A stretch of 64,000 bases of DNA from an uncultured virus (IMG/VR IMGVR_UViG_3300003320_000087) (lineage: Duplodnaviria; Heunggongvirae; Uroviricota; Caudoviricetes), in IMG/VR virus record IMGVR_UViG_3300003320_000087, positions 1 through 64,000 of that record. One strand, given 5' to 3'. The position numbers were made by a program, and so were the translations under genes. Of the stretch, positions 7,455-15,535 are shown piece after piece. Each line of letters begins with the position of its first letter. Positions within the stretch are counted from its first letter, which is position 1. The notes below the pieces were generated by a model. That model was not told the origin of the DNA. It did not search any database and worked only from the letters and a program-made list of their open reading frames with translations.

Positions 7455-8221
7455 TACTTGTCCTTAATAGTTTCCATACATACAGGGAAGTGTTCGTGTG
7501 TCAACTCCCACACTCCCTTGGCGTAATCCTGAATTTCCTTCTGAGCATCATGCTCAAGTCTCTGGTGAAGGAAATGAGTTAGAGCGCCAAGAGAGCAAGT
7601 CCAGCGCCAACGGACATAAAGTCCATAAGCGGGGAGAAATAGTCTTGCTTGCTCAGCACAAACACCATTAGCCATGGCGGAGTCATAAAGGTCAACGCTC
7701 TTACGGACAAGCTCTGTAAGCTCGTCTGACCAGAAGTTTCCGTACTCCTCAGCAAAATCGTCCCTAACATCAAGTGAATAGTCGTTGTATCGCCAAGCAC
7801 CCCACTCAACATCATCAAGTGACTTGAGAGGTTCGCTTGAACCCTGCTTCTTGTTCTCTGGAGCAGAGCGCCACTCATTTGGTGCAGGAACATAAAATTC
7901 TGGGATTTCAGTTACATAACGACGACTCGACTCATTCCAACCATTCTGGTCCTCAAGATGAGTGGACGCTACTGCGTACTTCCACCACTGTCTTGCAACG
8001 AAGAGTGGTGCATAAACCTCAAAAGTGAGAGCGGAATGACGGAACACTGAGGAGTGCTCTTCACGTTGAAGAAAGGCGAGAAGTCGTGCCTCTCTATCTC
8101 CAAACTCTGCTGACTCCTTGGCAAAGGAAACTTTTGCTGAGTTCACTGGGTCCAAATCGTCACCCATGTGCTTAATGTATCTTACATAGCCCTTGTCAAG
8201 GACTTCAATCTTATCTATCAT
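7454..8221 (-). CDS. thyX: flavin-dependent thymidylate synthase
   Basis: HSSVFRH, APLFVARQW, NESSRRY, EQARLFLP, RLEHDAQKEI motifs. Confidence 0.92.
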   Translation of the reverse strand: MIDKIEVLDKGYVRYIKHMGDDLDPVNSAKVSFAKESAEFGDREARLLAFLQREEHSSVFRHSALTFEVYAPLFVARQWWKYAVASTHLEDQNGWNESSRRYVTEIPEFYVPAPNEWRSAPENKKQGSSEPLKSLDDVEWGAWRYNDYSLDVRDDFAEEYGNFWSDELTELVRKSVDLYDSAMANGVCAEQARLFLPAYGLYVRWRWTCSLGALTHFLHQRLEHDAQKEIQDYAKGVWELTHEHFPVCMETIKDK

Positions 8222-8432
8222 ATGTATTTCCCAAAACGTGTCTCATAAGTGCTTCGTGCTTGTTTGTCATTTCGTACTTTCGGCGGGCTTCGTCATAACC
8301 CGCCATAATTGCATTAGCGAACCAGCCATGCATCATGTCTTCATCAATTTGCAGATTGCCATCTTCAACAACCTTCATAAATTCTTCTGCCCAAGCAAGC
8401 GCGTCGGTGTTTGATGTATCGAAGTGAGTCAT
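8211..8432 (-). CDS. hypothetical protein
   Basis: 73 aa, DALAWAEEF...GWFANAIMAGYD. Confidence 0.7.
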   Translation of the reverse strand: MTHFDTSNTDALAWAEEFMKVVEDGNLQIDEDMMHGWFANAIMAGYDEARRKYEMTNKHEALMRHVLGNTYDR

Positions 8433-8584
8433 TGAATCTTATTCAAGTCATTCTGAAGTTTCTTGATTTTATTCTCAGCGCGCTTGGCACCAACTTCATT
8501 GCCCTCACGCTTATGCTGCTCAAGAATAGCCTTCTGATGATTAATCAGATTCGTCAGCCTCAGTGCCTCTAGCATCGAGCCCAT
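8429..8584 (-). CDS. 51-aa helical protein
   Basis: SD GAGGAGG; MGSMLEALRL...NKIQ*; ATGA overlap. Confidence 0.65.
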   Translation of the reverse strand: MGSMLEALRLTNLINHQKAILEQHKREGNEVGAKRAENKIKKLQNDLNKIQ

Positions 8585-8699
8585 TTACAACCTCCTCAAA
8601 CTTCTTAGAGTCATTGACCTTTTCCTGAGTGACGTAGAAAGCTCCATCGTCGTCCTGTTCGAATGGAATTCCGTCTGCGCCAATAACGACGTTTCCCAC
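8541..8699 (-). CDS. 52-aa acidic protein (GTG start, overlapping neighbours)
   Basis: SD AAAAGGAG; MGNVVIGADGIPFEQDDDGAFYV... Confidence 0.55.
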   Translation of the reverse strand: MGNVVIGADGIPFEQDDDGAFYVTQEKVNDSKKFEEVVNGLDARGTEADESD

Positions 8700-8868
8700 T
8701 TTGTCTCCTTTTCATAACAATCCAGCCCTTTTCTTGACATTGCCAGCAGGGTTGGAATACGTAGTTATCCATGTCCAGAACAGACTTTCGAATCTGACAA
8801 ACTGGACATGCGTAATCATGTTGTGCAAACAGGCCATCGGTTAGAATCTTTGGCTTATGCATCTTCAT
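8611..8868 (-). CDS. zinc-ribbon protein
   Basis: CPVC...CWQC; SD GAAAGGA. Confidence 0.7.
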   Translation of the reverse strand: MKMHKPKILTDGLFAQHDYACPVCQIRKSVLDMDNYVFQPCWQCQEKGWIVMKRRQSGKRRYWRRRNSIRTGRRWSFLRHSGKGQ

Positions 8869-8870
8869 TG

Positions 8871-9038
8871 CTACTTCCTTTCTCGGAAGAGCCTTACAAT
8901 TTCCTTATTGATTTTCTCAATTGCTTCGCGTGCCCTGCGCATACCAAGTTCATCGCCTGAATTTCTTGCGGCCTCATACTTGGTTGCCTGGACTACCTTA
9001 TCTTGCTTGAGATTTTGAAGTGTTTTCTTTCTGGACAT
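8871..9038 (-). CDS. 55-aa helical protein
   Basis: MSRKKTLQNL...LFRERK*; stop 2 nt before next ATG. Confidence 0.65.
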   Translation of the reverse strand: MSRKKTLQNLKQDKVVQATKYEAARNSGDELGMRRAREAIEKINKEIVRLFRERK

Positions 9039-9087
9039 AAAAATGCCGCTGTGAATACAGCGGCGGGTCTCCTTTTCTATTCACAAG

Positions 9088-9160
9088 AGCCTAGTGTGAG
9101 AATCGAACTCACGACCTCTTCCGTACCAAGGAAGCGTTCTTCCACTGCAACTAACTAGGC
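9088..9160 (-). tRNA. tRNA-Thr (GGT)
   Basis: acceptor GCCTAGT/ACTAGGC, anticodon arm CTTCC-TTGGTAC-GGAAG, T loop TTCGATT; no encoded CCA. Confidence 0.9.
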
Positions 9161-9211
9161 AAGTATAAGCTTGCCGGTATCAAGAAAGGAGAATAAAAAG
9201 ATACCGACCAG

Positions 9212-9283
9212 AGCCAAATAACGGATTCGAACCGTTTTCTCATCTTTACGAGAGATGCGTTTTTCCTATTAAACTAAGCTGGC
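9212..9283 (-). tRNA. tRNA-Thr (CGT)
   Basis: anticodon arm CATCT-CTCGTAA-AGATG, T loop TTCGAAT; one acceptor mismatch. Confidence 0.85.
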
Positions 9284-9288
9284 AAGAG

Positions 9289-9360
9289 AGCCGCCTGGGG
9301 ATTCCGAGACCCCGACCTGTGCTTTACAAGAGCACTGCTCTGCCTCTGAGCTAAGGCGGC
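9289..9360 (-). tRNA. tRNA-Thr (TGT) with non-canonical T loop
   Basis: acceptor GCCGCCT/AGGCGGC, anticodon arm GTGCT-CTTGTAA-AGCAC, T arm GGGGT-CTCGGAA-TCCCC. Confidence 0.82.
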
Positions 9361-9364
9361 AACG

Positions 9365-9434
9365 CCAGTATATCACATAGCTTCCCCTCAGGGCAAGATT
9401 TCTGTCGCATTCAGTCCTCTTGGTAACATACTGG
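9365..9434 (-). ncRNA. candidate structured RNA between tRNAs
   Basis: 12-bp closing stem CCAGTATGTTAC/GTGATATACTGG with G-U pairs enclosing two hairpins. Confidence 0.45.
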
Positions 9435-9479
9435 TAAGTTGGTTCCGTTAACAACGACCAACGGTTTCCGAAATGTCTC

Positions 9480-9553
9480 GTGCGCCCCTAGAGACTTAAA
9501 CTCCAGACTACCAGCGTATCAGGCATGGCGTGCAATCGTAACACTAGAGCGCA
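9480..9553 (-). tRNA. atypical tRNA-Ile (GAT)-like cloverleaf
   Basis: acceptor TGCGCTC/GGGCGCA, D stem GTGT/GCAC, bulged anticodon stem with loop CTGATAC, T loop TTTAAGT. Confidence 0.55.
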
Positions 9554-9641
9554 TGCGGTCAGTTTCTATTTCAACTATTTCATCAATCTGACCAAGCTTG
9601 GGATGCTTTGTTCGAAGCCCCATCCCTAGGCCAGTTACTAC

Positions 9642-9670
9642 ATCTTAGCATAACGGATTATGCGTGTCAA
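9642..9670 (-). promoter_or_regulatory. sigma70/HrdB-type promoter of the tRNA operon
   Basis: TTGACA-17-TAAGAT; spacer is an inverted repeat. Confidence 0.75.
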
Positions 9671-9673
9671 GAA

Positions 9674-10327
9674 TCAGTAGCCGCAACGTGGGGCTGTAAC
9701 CCAGTTGCCTGCTCCCCTTCCATTATTCCACAACTTCCAGAATGCCGCATCCTGTTGTGCAGGTGAGTAATTCATGGCCTTTCCTGAAAGTCCGGTCACT
9801 GTGTGCCAAGTGGCATCCATGAACTGATAAGCTCCTGATGCTCCAGAGCTAGGGTTTAGCGCTCTGTAGTTTCCACCTGACTCATACTTCCGGATACACG
9901 CGGCAATTCCTCCTGGGGCCGCGTAATTATTCTTTGGTTGAGTTGCCCTATGCTTATATACTCGTGGCTTAGAATTTAGCTGACGCTGCTTCCTGGCCTT
10001 TTCAGCAGCAGCCGCTAGGGCTGCCTTTCGGGCTGCTTCTTCACGAGCCTTCTTTTCTTCGGCCCGCTTCTTTGCTTCTGCAATATCCCTTAGGCGCTTC
10101 TCTTCAATTGCCTTCTGGTTATTGCGTTTATCAATTGCCATTTGTTCAACTTCTGAAACAAGTGGCTGCCGCGTTTCACTTCGTGATGTCCTATGGTCAT
10201 CTTCTCTGCTATCCGACTGGCTGTCGGCTGCTACGACAGGTCTTTCTGTATTACTCTCCACAACTACAAAAGATGTAGTTCCTCCGACTGCAAGGATTGT
10301 GGCTAGTGTTGCGATTGTTCTCTTCAT
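9674..10327 (-). CDS. secreted Rpf/SceD-like lytic transglycosylase
   Basis: signal peptide, charged coiled coil, C-terminal CIRKYESGGNY...GAYQF...W...QD...W...C lysozyme-like domain. Confidence 0.82.
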   Translation of the reverse strand: MKRTIATLATILAVGGTTSFVVVESNTERPVVAADSQSDSREDDHRTSRSETRQPLVSEVEQMAIDKRNNQKAIEEKRLRDIAEAKKRAEEKKAREEAARKAALAAAAEKARKQRQLNSKPRVYKHRATQPKNNYAAPGGIAACIRKYESGGNYRALNPSSGASGAYQFMDATWHTVTGLSGKAMNYSPAQQDAAFWKLWNNGRGAGNWVTAPRCGY

Positions 10328-10357
10328 GAGACCTCCTTTGTCAGCAACGATTCATCT

Positions 10358-10386
10358 AATGTATCAGAACTGTAACAGCAATGCAA
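10358..10386 (-). promoter_or_regulatory. promoter of the Rpf-like gene
   Basis: TTGCAT-17-TACATT, then SD AAAGGAGG. Confidence 0.55.
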
Positions 10387-10420
10387 GTACGATATTGGAA
10401 AAATTGCCGGGGTTTACTAC

Positions 10421-10450
10421 TTGACAGACAAAGGAAGGTGTTGGTAGAGT
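10421..10450 (+). promoter_or_regulatory. promoter of the glycosyltransferase pair
   Basis: TTGACA-18-TAGAGT. Confidence 0.6.
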
Positions 10451-10491
10451 ATTAATTATACTAGAAACAAAGGAAAGAAGAGTATCTACAA

Positions 10492-11496
10492 TTGAAAATA
10501 AGTTTTTATACAGTTAGAGGAGATATTAGAGAAGATAATGGATTCGGTTACGCTGGTAATAGCATTCGTAACAGCCTTCAGAATCTTGGTCATGATGTCT
10601 CCCTTTTTGATGACCAAGCAGACGTTCAACTGAGCTTTTGTCATCCAACATATTACGAGCCCAACCATCAGTATCAGATTGGTTACTCTCCATGGGAGTC
10701 CTCAGCCTTGCCAGAAGGATGGCTTGAAGGATTTAATTCTATGGATGAGGTATGGACTACATCTCGTAAGTGTCAAGAATGGTTTCATGATGCTGGCGTA
10801 GAGAAGCCTATTTATGTTTATGAACATGGTGTAGACTCTATTTGGACTCCTAAGCATCGAAAGCCTCAGCAGAAGATTAGATTTCTTCATATTGGCGAAC
10901 CCGCCCCAAGAAAGGGTGGACAGCTTGCTTTTGAGGCATTTATTGAAGCCTTTGGAGCAAGACAGGATGTTCATTTGACTATCAAGGCTAATGGTCATAA
11001 TACAACCAGAGCATACGTTCCCGGCCAAATTCGGCGGGGTGGTCCAAGGAACATTCTTGGATTGCCACATCAAGTTTATAGAAATGTTACATTGATTGAA
11101 GACTCCCTGTCTCTTGAAGAACTTGTTGCACTGTACCATAGCCATGATGTGTTGGTCTACCCATCCTGGGGAGAAGGTTTCGGACTCATTCCATTGCAAG
11201 CTTTGGCTACAGGAATGCCAACGATTTGTACAGCCGAATGGGCTTCTTACGATAGATTTCTTGGTAATCTCGCCCTTGATTCGCATGAAGTCTCATCGCC
11301 ATGGCCAGATATTCATCCTGGCATGATGTCAGAACCAGATAGACATCATCTAGTTGAGCTATACAGATATTCATATGAAAACTTTGACGCCTTGTCAAGG
11401 ACTCATTTTGATAACGCTGAGGATGTTCATAGCCAATATAATTGGAATGAACTTACTAAAAATGCATTTACATATTTGGAGAATAAGATTAAGTGA
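10492..11496 (+). CDS. GT-B fold glycosyltransferase (GT4-like)
   Basis: PWES, RKGG, DVLVYPSWGEGFGLIPLQALATGMP. Confidence 0.9.
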   Translation: MKISFYTVRGDIREDNGFGYAGNSIRNSLQNLGHDVSLFDDQADVQLSFCHPTYYEPNHQYQIGYSPWESSALPEGWLEGFNSMDEVWTTSRKCQEWFHDAGVEKPIYVYEHGVDSIWTPKHRKPQQKIRFLHIGEPAPRKGGQLAFEAFIEAFGARQDVHLTIKANGHNTTRAYVPGQIRRGGPRNILGLPHQVYRNVTLIEDSLSLEELVALYHSHDVLVYPSWGEGFGLIPLQALATGMPTICTAEWASYDRFLGNLALDSHEVSSPWPDIHPGMMSEPDRHHLVELYRYSYENFDALSRTHFDNAEDVHSQYNWNELTKNAFTYLENKIK

Positions 11497-12488
11497 AAAT
11501 TTCATTTCACACTGTAAAAGACAATCTGGATACAACACGTGGATACGGTAATGCTGGAATGCATGTTGTCAAGTCATTGCAATCTCTAGGTCATGAAGTT
11601 CCTTTTGACGACCCTACAGCTCCTGTTCAGATTTCCTTCTGCCCGCCGCATTGGTACAACTTCCATGAGGGGCAGTACAAGATTGGATATACTCCTTGGG
11701 AATCTACTGAATTGCCTAGTGGTTGGGCTGAAATCATGAATGAATGTGATGAGGTATGGGCTACATCACAGTGGGTTGCCGATGTTTATAAAAATGCTGG
11801 AGTGACAAAGCCAATCTACGTTTATCACCATGGCCTTGACCACAAGTGGAAGCCAAAGAAGCGTGAGAGAGGAGACGTAGTCAAGTTTCTTCATATGGGT
11901 GAGCCTGCTTTGCGCAAGGGTGGTCAGATGACTGTTGATGCATTTCGGGCGGTCTTTGGAGATAGAACAGATGTTCATCTGACAATCAAGGCTTATCATC
12001 AGCATTTTTTGCGGGTCTGGCATAACGGTAAGGTAATTGAACCGGATGATGCATACAATAATGTAACAGTAATCAAGGATTCTATTCCTGAGAATGAATT
12101 GTTGCAACTGTATTACGACCACGACGTTCTTGTTTATCCTTCATATGGTGAAGGCTTTGGTCTTATTCCATTGCAAGCACTTGGAACTGGAATGCCCGTG
12201 ATTTGTACAGATGAATGGGCACCATACAGAAATTACACACAAATGCTATCAATTGGCGGCCGGTGGGATAGAAGTATTTGGGCTCTTCACCCTGGTGATG
12301 TTTTCTATCCTGACTACGAATGGTTGAAGTCTAAGATGGAACGTCTTGTTGACGACGAACCAAACCTACTGGATAAGATGTTCAAGTACTATTTTGACCA
12401 GGCTGACCACATCCATAAGCAATTTGATTGGGATTTCCAAACTGAATATGCCTTCCGTCATATTGTTGAGAAGTTTACAGAAACGTGA
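11493..12488 (+). CDS. GT-B fold glycosyltransferase (GT4-like), paralogue of upstream gene
   Basis: PWES, RKGG, DVLVYPSYGEGFGLIPLQALGTGMP; GTGA overlap. Confidence 0.9.
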   Translation: MKISFHTVKDNLDTTRGYGNAGMHVVKSLQSLGHEVPFDDPTAPVQISFCPPHWYNFHEGQYKIGYTPWESTELPSGWAEIMNECDEVWATSQWVADVYKNAGVTKPIYVYHHGLDHKWKPKKRERGDVVKFLHMGEPALRKGGQMTVDAFRAVFGDRTDVHLTIKAYHQHFLRVWHNGKVIEPDDAYNNVTVIKDSIPENELLQLYYDHDVLVYPSYGEGFGLIPLQALGTGMPVICTDEWAPYRNYTQMLSIGGRWDRSIWALHPGDVFYPDYEWLKSKMERLVDDEPNLLDKMFKYYFDQADHIHKQFDWDFQTEYAFRHIVEKFTET

Positions 12489-12504
12489 CCTAAAAACTCC
12501 TGAA

Positions 12505-12533
12505 ACACCCCTGTCTTCTAAAGATGGGGGTGT
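12505..12533 (+). terminator. hairpin after the GT pair
   Basis: AACACCCCTGTCTT-CTA-AAGATGGGGGTGTT; weak U tail. Confidence 0.5.
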
Positions 12534-12598
12534 TATCATAGAAGAACCACAACATATTGTATATAGGCCCGGAAGGGTCAGAAGGAGTTTTGTTTTTT

Positions 12599-14545
12599 AT
12601 GGATTTCATCGACGCTTCGGGCCGGATTACCGACCCTTATCGTAACTTTATTCACTTGTCTCGCTACTCAAGATGGCTAGAAGACAAGGAACGCAGAGAG
12701 ACTTGGGTTGAGACAGTTGACCGTTATGTCAGTTTTATGCTTGACCATCTGAACAAGAACAATGGATATACACCACCTGAGCATGATGTTCAGCTTGTTC
12801 GCACTTTTATTCTTGAGCACATGGCACTTCCATCAATGCGTGCTCTTATGACAGCAGGACCCGCCCTTGAGCGCAATAACATTGCAGGATATAACTGCTC
12901 CTATGTAGTTTTGGATAATCCAACAGCATTCGATGAGATTCTTTACATTCTTATGAATGGAACAGGTGTTGGGTTCTCTTGCGAAGAGCGATATGTCTCT
13001 CAGCTTCCTGTTATTCCTCAACTTCATGATTCAGAAAATACGATTGTAGTTGAGGATTCCAAGGAAGGATGGGCAAATGCTTACAAGGAGCTTGTTGCAG
13101 GTCTTTACAACGGAGTCATTCAGGGTTGGGATGTTAGCAAGGTTCGACCAGCAGGCGCAAGACTTATGACTTTTGGTGGTCGCGCTTCCGGTCCAGCACC
13201 ACTTGTTGAGCTATTTGAGTTCACTATTGACACGTTTCTTCGTGCTCAGGGTCGTAAGCTGACTGACCTTGAAGCGCATGACATCGTGTGTGAAATTGCA
13301 AGCGTTGTAGTTGTTGGTGGCGTTCGGCGCTCCGCTCTTATTTCTCTGGGAGACCTAGATTCCTCTGGGCACCGTACAGCAAAGTCAGGTGCATGGTGGG
13401 AGAAGGACGGACAGCGCGCTCTTGCTAATAACTCAGCAGTATTCGATGAGAAGCCTTCCCGTGAGCGTTTTGATGAAGAATGGCAGTCATTGATTGATTC
13501 TGGTTCTGGTGAGCGTGGTATTTTCAGCCGGGTTGCTTCTCAGAAGCAGGCATCAAAGTTTGGTCGTAGGAGTCCAGATATTGAATATGGAACGAATCCA
13601 TGCTCGGAAATTATTCTTCGTCCTAATCAGTTCTGTAACCTGACAACAGTTGTTGTTTCTGGCGACGACGATTATCTGATTTTGTCAAAGAAGGTTGAAG
13701 CCGCAACCATTCTTGGAACATGGCAATCAACTTTGACAAACTTTAAGTATCTTCGTCCAATCTGGAAGCAGAACACTGAAGAGGAAAGACTTCTTGGAGT
13801 TTCAATGACAGGCCCGTTCGGTAACAAGTTGCTGAATGGCTCTCTTGGAATGAGGAAGACAGAAGAGGTTCTTTATGCTCTCCGCGCACATGCTGTAAAG
13901 GTTAACAAGATTGTTGCTGAGCAGATTGGAATTCCTCAGGCGTCGGCGGTTACGTGTGTAAAGCCAGAGGGAACATCTTCACAATTGACCCTTACTTCAT
14001 CTGGATTGCATGCTTGGCATAAGGAGAAGTACATTCGTACAGTAAGAATGGACCGAAAGGACCCACTTGCCCAGTATATGATGGACGCGGGCTTCCCATG
14101 GGAGCCTGATGTTATGAATCCAGAGAATACCGCAGTGTTCTCATTCCCTATTGCAGCTCCAGAGGGCGCATTGACAAGGAATGACCTTACTGCGATTGAG
14201 CACCTTGAGCTTTGGATGACATATCAGAGAATGTGGTGTGAGCACAAGCCTTCGGTTACTATTTATGTGAAGCCTGAAGAGTGGGAGGAGGTTGGAAATT
14301 GGGTTTATGACAATTTTGATGAAGTTTCTGGAATCTCATTCCTTCCTCATTCAGAGCACACATACCAGCAGGCTCCATATCAGGATATTACTGATGCCGA
14401 ATATGATGAGTGGATTGCTAGAATGCCTAAGGATGTTGATTGGGATATGCTTTCTTCTTATGAGTTGGAAGACACAACTACTGGAACGCAGGAGCTTGCT
14501 TGCGTTGCGGGTTCTTGTGAAGTCGTAGATACTGTTACTAGTTAA
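12599..14545 (+). CDS. nrdJ: class II (B12-dependent) ribonucleotide reductase
   Basis: PSMRAL, YNCSY, GGVRRSA, TNPCSEI, VKPEGT, C-terminal ACVAGSC; no beta subunit nearby; SD GAAGGAG. Confidence 0.9.
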   Translation: MDFIDASGRITDPYRNFIHLSRYSRWLEDKERRETWVETVDRYVSFMLDHLNKNNGYTPPEHDVQLVRTFILEHMALPSMRALMTAGPALERNNIAGYNCSYVVLDNPTAFDEILYILMNGTGVGFSCEERYVSQLPVIPQLHDSENTIVVEDSKEGWANAYKELVAGLYNGVIQGWDVSKVRPAGARLMTFGGRASGPAPLVELFEFTIDTFLRAQGRKLTDLEAHDIVCEIASVVVVGGVRRSALISLGDLDSSGHRTAKSGAWWEKDGQRALANNSAVFDEKPSRERFDEEWQSLIDSGSGERGIFSRVASQKQASKFGRRSPDIEYGTNPCSEIILRPNQFCNLTTVVVSGDDDYLILSKKVEAATILGTWQSTLTNFKYLRPIWKQNTEEERLLGVSMTGPFGNKLLNGSLGMRKTEEVLYALRAHAVKVNKIVAEQIGIPQASAVTCVKPEGTSSQLTLTSSGLHAWHKEKYIRTVRMDRKDPLAQYMMDAGFPWEPDVMNPENTAVFSFPIAAPEGALTRNDLTAIEHLELWMTYQRMWCEHKPSVTIYVKPEEWEEVGNWVYDNFDEVSGISFLPHSEHTYQQAPYQDITDAEYDEWIARMPKDVDWDMLSSYELEDTTTGTQELACVAGSCEVVDTVTS

Positions 14546-14557
14546 GAATACTCTTAG

Positions 14558-14585
14558 AACCCCGCCTTTTTGGCGGGGTTTCTTT
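14558..14585 (+). terminator. intrinsic terminator
   Basis: AACCCCGCC-TTTTT-GGCGGGGTT-TCTTT. Confidence 0.85.
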
Positions 14586-14638
14586 GTATTCACACATCTT
14601 TCAATGTATAATATGTAAAGGAGGTGAAGAAATAAGAT

Positions 14639-15523
14639 ATGGCAACACCAATGACATCCTCACAGATTGTAGCTCAGCTAAAGAAGTGGGGAATTAAGTA
14701 CAAGGAAGTAAAGTCATGGGAGACCCACAACCGTAATTCCAAGGGAGCTTGGGGCGGTATGAATGGTTTCATTTGGCACCACACCGGAGCTGATGTTTCG
14801 GCGGCTAATGCAGCATCATATGCTGGTTCTACTCTTTATAATGGGCTAAGTACATTGCCAGGACCGCTTTGCCACTTTGGTCTAGCGCCTGATGGAACAG
14901 TTTATCTAGTAGGTTGGGGTAGAGCAAACCATGCTGGTGGTGGAGACCCAGTAGTTTTGAATCATGTCATTAATGAAGATTATTCCGGTCAGCTAAAGCC
15001 AACTAAGGGTAATGCTGATGGTACAGATGGTAATGCTCACTTTTATGGTGTAGAAATTATGTATTCAGGAAGCCATAAGATGACTGATGCTCAGTATCAG
15101 GCAGCTCTAAAGCTTTCTGCTGCTATTCTCGATTTCCACAAGTGGACAGAGAAGTCTGTAATTGGTCATGGAGAGTGGTCTAACGATAAGTGGGACCCAG
15201 GTTATGCTTCTGGAAAGATTATGGATATGTCTGCTGTACGTAAGGATGTTCTAGCGACATTGAAGGCTGGACCTAATACAACACCAGCAAAGCCAAGTAC
15301 CCCTTCAACGGGAGGTGGAACTGTGACAACACCAGCAAAGGATGCAACGTATAAGTCAGTATGGGACCTTGATGTGGCTACTCCACCAAAGGGGCACGAG
15401 ACTACTGAGAATCCAAAGTGGGCGCCAATGAGTCTTCTTAAGGGAATTTATGAAAATCTGGATGTTCTTTCAAAGAAGGTCGATGAACTTTCTAAGAAGA
15501 TTGACGCTCTAGAATCAAAGTGA
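14639..15523 (+). CDS. endolysin, N-acetylmuramoyl-L-alanine amidase (Amidase_2)
   Basis: HHTG, LPGPLCH, RANHAG, GVEI, IGHGEW..KWDPG; Pro/Thr linker; SD AAGGAGG. Confidence 0.9.
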   Translation: MATPMTSSQIVAQLKKWGIKYKEVKSWETHNRNSKGAWGGMNGFIWHHTGADVSAANAASYAGSTLYNGLSTLPGPLCHFGLAPDGTVYLVGWGRANHAGGGDPVVLNHVINEDYSGQLKPTKGNADGTDGNAHFYGVEIMYSGSHKMTDAQYQAALKLSAAILDFHKWTEKSVIGHGEWSNDKWDPGYASGKIMDMSAVRKDVLATLKAGPNTTPAKPSTPSTGGGTVTTPAKDATYKSVWDLDVATPPKGHETTENPKWAPMSLLKGIYENLDVLSKKVDELSKKIDALESK

Positions 15524-15529
15524 TATAAT
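15501..15529 (+). promoter_or_regulatory. near-consensus promoter with extended -10
   Basis: TTGACG-17-TATAAT preceded by TG. Confidence 0.75.
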
Positions 15530-15535
15530 CTAAGT

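Noticed and set aside
10328..10420. c-di-AMP riboswitch upstream of the Rpf-like gene, as for Streptomyces rpfA
   Set aside because: The predicted promoter leaves only about 25 nt of leader
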